From Blastocladiella emersonii ATCC 22665 (Eukaryota; Fungi; Blastocladiomycota): DNA of 64,000 bases. Positions 57,247 through 64,000 of the stretch are shown here, piece by piece. The notes beneath the pieces were generated by a model that worked only from the letters and a program-made list of their open reading frames with translations, did not search any database and had not been told where the DNA came from. Position numbers and translations under genes: made by a program. The stretch covers positions 496,001 through 560,000 of the forward strand of contig JANHCV010000014.1 in NCBI GenBank assembly GCA_025594325.1, in the 5' to 3' direction. Every line of letters begins with the position of its first letter. Position 1 is the first letter of the stretch.

Positions 57247-59091
57247 ATGGAAACTGTATTAGACTCTATGCAACTTGCTCCGCCGACACTCGAGACGCTG
57301 CCCGTCGACATTGAGCGCGCCATCGCGCCATACTTTTCGCTCCGCGACGCGGCCGCCGTTCGCGGCTGCAGCCGCGCTCTTGCATCTTCTGAGCTGTGGC
57401 GCGGCAATAAAGAGCATTGCATCTTGTTTGCCCTCGCATCGGGCGACAGGACCACCTTTCTTGCACTTTTGCCGCCGTACTTTGGCCCGCACGTCCTCGC
57501 CAAGCCTGGGATGCGGCCGGACTCGCACCGCAAGTGGCCCATTCACCGCGTCATCCGCTTGCTCGAGACCATGGTCCGCCGCGACATCGGCCCCGGTCCG
57601 GCGTGGAAAGCTTTGCAGACGTACTGCCACGGCAAGCTTCCCATCGACTTGCACCTCTATGTCAAGCTCCATACCATGGCCACCAAGCAGCGCGCCCTCA
57701 ACGCAATTATGGTGCTCGCCGCGCTCAAGAATCGCAACGGCAAAAACGTGCACGACGTACACTTGGCTTACCTCGACACGACCTGCAAGCCGATCCAACA
57801 CTGCTTGAGCATCCTCGAGGACGGCAACTTTGCGCCCGACTTCGCCGAGCCACTTGTCCGCGCAAAGCTCTACAGCGCCTGTCGCCAGAGTCCGGGCACC
57901 CTCGACCCGGAGGGTTTGACGAAGCATCACCGAGCAGCGGCGCGGGCGCTTTTGCAGCAACCACCCAAAGTCGTGCTTGACATTCTTCTCGATGCGCCGC
58001 GCCAAGCCGAGCTGCGCGCCAGCGACCCCGCTTGGTGCATGCGATTCCTTCTTCGCGCTTTTGTCGCGGAATCTCTTCGCGGCGGTGGCGCACTGCCGAA
58101 TGCCCGGCTTCTTGCCGATCTCTCCATTCTCGCCGATAACGCGGGGTACCGTGGCGACGGCGAGCCCGTCGTGCGAGTCGAGTACGTGAACGGGGTGGAG
58201 CCCGTCCGCGAACGCGTGCACGCGCTCCTTCCGCTCGATCCTGAGCGTCGCGCAGCTGCGCTCGCCAAGCTCGATGGCCTGCTCCGCTTGGTCGGACCGC
58301 ACGCACTCGGCGGCAAAGCTTACAGCGAATCGTGGCGCACCGCTTACGCCCTTCCTCGCGTGCGCCCCGGGTTCGCCCACGAGTTCACCGAGCAAGTTCG
58401 ATGGTGGCGGCCGCACAAAGACACTTTCCGCGCGATTGCTGGCATTTACGTGATTGGAATCACTCCATACAATACCAACGGCGCATTCGCGGTCGAACTC
58501 GCGCGACGGATCCCATTCACTCTCGACTATCACTACTTCACGCTTCCAGAGGCTTACCAGTGCCCCGAGGAACCAAACGTGTGGACTCTGCGGACTGAGC
58601 CGTACTCGGATCTCGAGTGGCGCGACTTCCACGCTGCAGTGATCGCGGCCGAGCACGAGCGCTGGCGCGCGGACCCAAAGGCGCTCCAGTCGATGGTGTC
58701 CGAATGGGAACGGATTGTACGGTCGAGCGACTGCGCCGCGATCCAGGCTCTGATTGATCTCGAGTACCCTGGCGCGCCGCTGCCCGGGACCAACGAGCCG
58801 CTCGACGCGGCCCCGCTTGGCGTAAACGGACTTGGCCTTCAGATGATCACTGTCGTCAAGTGCTGCTTGCGGAGTCCGCGACTCAAGGAACCATTCGTCA
58901 AGGGCATCGCGACGCTTCGCGGACGGCCGTGGCACCTCTCGCCGCAGTTTGTCGACCTGCTCATCGCGTCGTGGTGGGGTCCGCAGGAGCAGGACGCGGT
59001 TCGCGCGTTCCTCGAAGCGGCGCGGACTGATGGGCGAATTACAGACGAGTTGTGGGACAAGCTCACGGCCCGGTTCGAAATCGCGCCGTGA
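57247..59091 (+). CDS. F-box-like protein with unrecognised C-terminal region (614 aa)
   Basis: LETLPVDIERAIAPYFSLRDAAAVRGCSRAL is close to the F-box consensus; uninterrupted ORF, head-to-head with C1 (141 bp between the ATGs). Confidence 0.7.
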   Translation: METVLDSMQLAPPTLETLPVDIERAIAPYFSLRDAAAVRGCSRALASSELWRGNKEHCILFALASGDRTTFLALLPPYFGPHVLAKPGMRPDSHRKWPIHRVIRLLETMVRRDIGPGPAWKALQTYCHGKLPIDLHLYVKLHTMATKQRALNAIMVLAALKNRNGKNVHDVHLAYLDTTCKPIQHCLSILEDGNFAPDFAEPLVRAKLYSACRQSPGTLDPEGLTKHHRAAARALLQQPPKVVLDILLDAPRQAELRASDPAWCMRFLLRAFVAESLRGGGALPNARLLADLSILADNAGYRGDGEPVVRVEYVNGVEPVRERVHALLPLDPERRAAALAKLDGLLRLVGPHALGGKAYSESWRTAYALPRVRPGFAHEFTEQVRWWRPHKDTFRAIAGIYVIGITPYNTNGAFAVELARRIPFTLDYHYFTLPEAYQCPEEPNVWTLRTEPYSDLEWRDFHAAVIAAEHERWRADPKALQSMVSEWERIVRSSDCAAIQALIDLEYPGAPLPGTNEPLDAAPLGVNGLGLQMITVVKCCLRSPRLKEPFVKGIATLRGRPWHLSPQFVDLLIASWWGPQEQDAVRAFLEAARTDGRITDELWDKLTARFEIAP

Positions 59092-59445
59092 GAACCTTTT
59101 TACACGCACGCGGCAGCGCGGATAAGCTGTCCTCCGCCCCGACACGCGCTCATCATCGAAAGCTAATAAATATGATAGATTCACCGCATTCGGGAAGCTG
59201 TCCCGCTTGGGCTCGTTGGACACGAGTCGAAGGTCTCACCTCGAACCTGCATGATTTGTAAGATCCTACTCAGTGCGCGCCCGTGGTCGTCTCGAAAGCG
59301 GCGAGCGTCTGAAGCATCTCGCGGAGCGCATCCAGATACTTAGCTCAGCTCACGGTGAACTTAAAGATCGCCATTGGCAACGAGGTCAGCGTCACGCGCT
59401 CGCCAGGAATGAGATCGCAAGCGACTATATTACAACAGTGAAACA

Positions 59446-60231
59446 TTAGACAGAGACGAGGGTAGAAGCACTGGACAAGGTCGTCGGGGCACGATTGACA
59501 GCGCGGCTGGTGCGGCTGGTTGGAGAATATAATCGCGTTGGACGAGTTACTGCTGTCGTCGCGCCGTCGCGTTGGGTCAAGGACTTGGCCATCATCGCAT
59601 TGTGCTGAGCCAGCTGATCCTCGAACCTCAAGGGGGCGCGGGCAGAAGACGACGCGCCACGACGCTGATTTGGGCCGGTCGCTGATGTCGCCGCGCCGTT
59701 GGGTTGGGTCAAGGATTTGGCCATCATCGCCCTGTGCGGAGCCAGCTGCTCCTGGAAACTCACAGTGGTCGTGACCACTTTCTGCGACTTTTTCTGGGTG
59801 ATTGGCCGGGCGTCATGGCGATGGGGAACCGCGTCCACCTTTACGTCACTCTTGGCGGGCGCTGCTGGGCTCGAATCGGTGGCCGCGACTAGCGGACTTG
59901 AAGGTGTCCAAATGGACACGGCCAGCAGCGCTGGAAGCATGGCCTCGAGTGCATCCATGACTTTGACCCATTGCGCGCGCGAGTTGACGGTTCGCGAAGC
60001 AGGAATGCTGGTCCCGCTCTCCATGTGCTTGGCGAGCTTACGAGCGAGCGACGCCAAACGAAAGAGGTCAACCGTTTTCACGGCGACAAGGTTTTCGGGT
60101 TCCACAGTCGCCTTTTGGTGGGCCCGAACGTCGCGCAGCGCACGAAGCGGAAGCGCGGTGCCGTGGCCATGGTCATGGCCATGGCCATCATCATGGTCTC
60201 GGTCATAGCAAATTTCTTGACTCATCGTCAT
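59446..60231 (-). CDS. Orphan protein with His/Asp/Gly tract and a duplicated motif at 132-nt period; possibly has a disrupted second exon
   Basis: MTMSQEICYDRDHDDGHGHDHGHG; FQEQLAPHRAMMAKSLTQ and FEDQLAQHNAMMAKSLTQ. Confidence 0.5.
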   Translation of the reverse strand: MTMSQEICYDRDHDDGHGHDHGHGTALPLRALRDVRAHQKATVEPENLVAVKTVDLFRLASLARKLAKHMESGTSIPASRTVNSRAQWVKVMDALEAMLPALLAVSIWTPSSPLVAATDSSPAAPAKSDVKVDAVPHRHDARPITQKKSQKVVTTTVSFQEQLAPHRAMMAKSLTQPNGAATSATGPNQRRGASSSARAPLRFEDQLAQHNAMMAKSLTQRDGATTAVTRPTRLYSPTSRTSRAVNRAPTTLSSASTLVSV

Positions 60232-60283
60232 CCTGTATACATGGTTGGTTGATGCGGACGGCGAGCACAGAAATGCGGCGCGG

Positions 60284-61516
60284 TTAGGTGTTGTCACGGC
60301 GGAACCTAGAGCATACTTGAGATAAATATGACGACGTGGCGGCGATGGTTGGGAAGCTGTATCTCTTGGGCGGACTCACCCGCCTGTTTATGAGGGGAAC
60401 CGAGCGCGCGCACAGCATCGCTCTTTGCTCCACGGTTGAGTGCAGCGAAAAGTTCGAAGACGCATTGCGCCGCCTGACAGTGAATGCGCGGGACGCGTAG
60501 TGAGTAGCCAGATACGCGAGCGGTGCGGGCGAACGACATTTACACAGCTCGAGCGCGATGAAGGAGCCGCTAATTACAGTGAGCGGAGATTTTCCCCAGC
60601 TGTTGGCGAGCAGCAGCTCAAAAAAGTAAAGAGCATCCTCAGTTGAGATGTCTTCGCCAACAATCTTGTCACACACCAGCTTCGAAGCGGAAAAATTAGG
60701 CATGTTCTTGTACAGCTGAGCAGCATCGCAGCCGAAGCAAGGATCAGTGACGAGGGCAAATCTCACTCTGTCCATGCGCACAAGCGCGAGATGAGCAAGG
60801 ACGTCGGCGACTCGGGGGTCGAGTGACATTCGACGGAACTCGTGGAAAAGATCGGGCGTCTCGTCGGATAGCTCGAGGAGGCGAGGGTGCAGCCCGATCC
60901 ACAGAATCCACGGCAGTCGGGCGAGCAGCACTGCAGGGGCTCGCGCACGCGCTGATTCAAGCACATGGCGAAGAGTTGCGTGAGATCCGTCGTAAATCAG
61001 CCCAATCAAGATCTGGAGGAGCGCTAGCAGCGGGTGTTTGGTCGCGGGGAGATACCCGTCCTTGACAAAGTTGAAAGCTTGACGCAACACGTTGCACGTC
61101 CGGGCGGAATCGTTTGCCAAGTCGCGGAGCGAGGGCTCAATAAGATCAACGAGGCAGTCCACGGTAGCGAATTGCAGCGTTTCCAGTGAAGCGAGCTGAA
61201 GCAATTCATTGCCGCTGGCGTGTTCAAGCACGCCGCTCATAGTCTTGGCAAGAGTCAGGCCGACGTGCTCTTGATCGGTTTCAAAGTGATGCTCGGCAAA
61301 CAAACAATACCAGCAACGGTCAATCCACACACGCATTACGCGCAAGTCGGCGCAAATCGCGAAAAGAGCGCGGGAGGCGAGTCCCGCGGCGCGGCGCGGT
61401 GTAGCGAGCTGGAGAACCATATGCATGAGGTCGACAGGGAGTGACAACAGATTGGTAGGGCCATAAATCGCAGATTGCAGCAAGTCATTTGCGTTTTTCA
61501 TGGGAGGTACATCCAT
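60284..61516 (-). pseudogene. Subfamily C copy C2, 3'-truncated (lacks the C-terminal domain)
   Basis: MDVPPMKNANDLLQSAIYG...SLPVDLMHMVLQLATPR; collinear with C1 to about 60400-60490, then stops near 410 aa. Confidence 0.7.
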
Positions 61517-61836
61517 TGCAGACCAAGGCCGGGGCGGCGTGGGAGCGTGGGCTGCGTGGCTTGCCCTTTCGCTGACACACGCCGCTGGCCGGACGCGTTG
61601 CGCCTCATCCATCAACCGTATGCGTTCAGCATACATGCCTCAGGTGCGGCAGTAAACGGCGTGCATATGACGCCCCGTTGATGAGTTGGTTCAACCACCA
61701 GTGAGCAGCCAGCATCTGAGATATGGTTCGTTTCGCGTAGGCATTGACTCTTTCAGCCGCTAGGCCAGACAACTCTGCTATACTTCTCAAAAAAACAGAT
61801 CATATCCTGAACACAGAAGATGACGTACTATTACGT

Positions 61837-64000
61837 TCAAAGATCCCACGGTTCATGCTGCCATCGAGTGCGAACAACGAACTCAGTCGACGCGCATGCT
61901 TGCGGCGCTACCCGCATGAGTTCTTGCTTTGCTGCGCTCACTTCCTCGCCACTCATGCGGAGCCCGAAAAAGGCTTGCACAAGCGCATCAGCATCCCAAA
62001 CACCGTCAATGGCGCCATCCGGGACGGCCTTGAAGAATTCAAGCGAGAGCTTGTCATGCGCCCCAAGGCGATGATACATGTCAAGCACATATTGCAAGTC
62101 CGCTTGGAGGAGAATCTTCACCAGTCGGAGCGTTGGCGACCGCTCATAGTGCTTGCAACTGCAAGGGGGAGGGACAAAGACGCCCATGTCCCGGTCAATC
62201 ACCTCGATTAGCGCGTAACTTGACTGCCATTGCGAGAGCATGCCTTCGAGTTGTGAGACTGCGACGGGCGGAAGTCGTGACGCCCAGCCGGGTGCAGGGC
62301 CGTCCAGCGCAACGAGCTTCGAGAGCGCCTGGTAAAATGGCTTCTGAAAAGTGAGCAAACAGGACGTGCAAGCTGCTCGGCCGCTCCCGTTGCTTAGAAG
62401 CTTTGTGAAGGGCAGTCCCCGCCGCCGGGCTATTGAATCACTCCAGCAGCGAAACTCGTTGGCCAAGGCCATGAGAAGCAAAGCGGTATAGGCCAGCGCA
62501 GTTCCCGTTTCGCGGATATGGTCAATCGCCATGCTTTGCAGGCTGGGGTAGAAGAGACAGACGACCGGGATCCAGTACAGATCGGAGAAATACTTTTCCA
62601 AGCAGCGGGGAGATGCCTTGGAAAGAAAGGAGGTTGCGAGCAGAAACTGGGGGCGCTGGGTTCGAAAGACACCGTAAGGGAGAAAAAGCCATTGGAAAAC
62701 CCGCTGAACATCCGCCGGGACGGTGTCCTGCTCAACAAAGATGTCGACAAGGACGTCGGCAAGTTCCGAGTACAATTGAAGCACGCGCTCCGACGTCAGG
62801 TACTCGTGGGTGCGGCGTACGATCGCGATTGCCGGGTTTTCACGCGGCGGCCCACCGCCGGATATCGCGTGTTGGAACTCTACATGTACCGGGCGTAGTG
62901 AATTTACGTTGAGGAGCGGGTGTGATGAAGTGCTCAGACGCACCCTGCGCAATCAAATCGTCGAATTGCTCGCCAAGTCGGCCGACCAAAAGCTGGAAAT
63001 GTTCGGCCAGATGCGACTCATCTGGCTTTCGGAACAGCAGTCACTGGTTGTGCAACCAGTACTCTTCACCGAGAGAGCTGCAATCAGAAAGTATAGCAAG
63101 CGACTCTTCGATTCCTGGGCGAACGGTCCACCGTGCTAGGGCCTGCTGCGTGACGCCAAGCCTGCCGGCATGCGTGCATTGCGCGATCGCGTACTCTGGA
63201 TAACGTTCAAGAAAGTACACGAGCAGCTTGGGCGAGGAATGGTTGGCCAAGTGAACCGCAAGCGGGAAGCCGCCCAAGCCGTGGGTAGCGAACGCGCTCC
63301 AGCCGCTCATAATCAGCCAATCGAGGACCTGGCAGGTACTTTCCATATGGTCACCAGCGTTCGGAAGATGGACGCAAAGGAGGAGCTCGGCCACGGAAGG
63401 GTCTTGCACCTTCTGCCAGAGATGAATCGAATCGCAACCAAAGCGGACATCGAGTGCAATGCTGAAGACGCGCATGTCCCAAAGACACAGGCCGAGAAAG
63501 GCCAGGACATCTGCGATGCGGGGTTCCGGCGAAAGGCAGCGTACGATGCCGAGATTGTTCCCTTGGCACCAGTCGGAGACAGAATAGCTCAGCTCAGCCC
63601 AAGTTGCCCAAGGGAGCCGAAGCTGCAGGAGCTTAGGCGCACGTTCGAAAGTGTCGTAAAGAACTGAGGAAAGAGCACTTGCACTGCCGTAACGCGCAAG
63701 CCCCAGCAAGATTTGGAGCTGTGCGTGCACGGGGTACCAATAAACTGGGTAGAGGTAGGCGTCGATGTGGTTGAGTGACAAACGAAGCAGCTCGGATGCC
63801 TCGTCTGGTTCGTCAGGGAGTAGGCGGAGGTGCGGCTGCATGGCCTCCAGAAGCGACTTGGAAGTGGCGTCGAGTAGAGAGACTATCGAGTAGTTGGACA
63901 GAAGCAGCTCGTTACCAGGCACGAGGAGTACCGTGGCAGGGGTGTTGAGAACAAGCGGACTTGGAGCGAGCCTGTTTACGGCAATTGCCATGAGAAGACG
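61837..64000 (-). pseudogene. Subfamily C copy C3; 5' end outside the window, with premature stop and frameshift
   Basis: 63991-63041 aligns with the C1 body; TGA at 63043-63041 then a frameshift near 62940; ends ACTSCLLTFQKPF...PCSCK...VPDGAIDGVWD...QELMRVAP. Confidence 0.75.

Noticed and set aside
57259-59223. 654-aa minus-strand ORF, and similar long ORFs at 21438-23126, 23142-25079, 27454-29184, 37175-39205 and 38751-40814
   Set aside because: Antisense or alternate-frame shadows of real genes; high GC3 suppresses stops in other frames and the translations are Arg/Ala/Pro-rich with no motifs.
1-64000. CRISPR arrays, tRNA, rRNA, prophage or operon structure
   Set aside because: None seen; the sequence is eukaryotic with spliceosomal introns, and the repeats present are paralogs, TIRs or short duplications.

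Overview
Eukaryotic genomic DNA, most likely from an early-diverging zoosporic fungus such as a Blastocladiomycota species (inferred from high GC, short ~55-90 nt GT-AG introns with GTACGY/GTGCGY donors and CTRAC-type branch sites, and the gene content). The window alternates between two kinds of sequence. Core blocks (about 14.5-29.3, 33.3-40.7 and 43.8-48.5 kb) carry ordinary genes: a HExxH metalloprotease, a LAMTOR1/Meh1-like protein, a double-cNMP-domain protein, a double-PHD MYST acetyltransferase, SEC22, NAD(P)HX dehydratase, acyl-CoA oxidase, a sodium:solute symporter, VMS1, an OCA6-like phosphatase, TFB4, a COX4/COX5 subunit and PABPN1. Accessory blocks (about 0-14, 29.3-33.3, 41-43.7 and 48.6-64 kb) carry tandem arrays of lineage-specific genes, many pseudogenised. 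Eleven of these genes start with an F-box-like LPxEL motif, and most add a shared leader peptide and promoter. This N-terminus is fused to four different C-terminal types: LRR, ankyrin-like, an orphan domain, or an unrecognised helical body ending in a conserved CxxC...CxC...P[DE]GALDG...ExxRVAP domain (7 copies plus a relic and a truncated copy). Mobile DNA comprises a 5'-truncated, inactivated Fanzor1 (eukaryotic TnpB), a TA-flanked Tc1/mariner-type element with ~220 bp TIRs and cargo, a probable solo LTR and two MITE-like inverted-repeat units. No tRNA, rRNA or CRISPR array was seen. All family calls are by eye from motifs; no database search was run.
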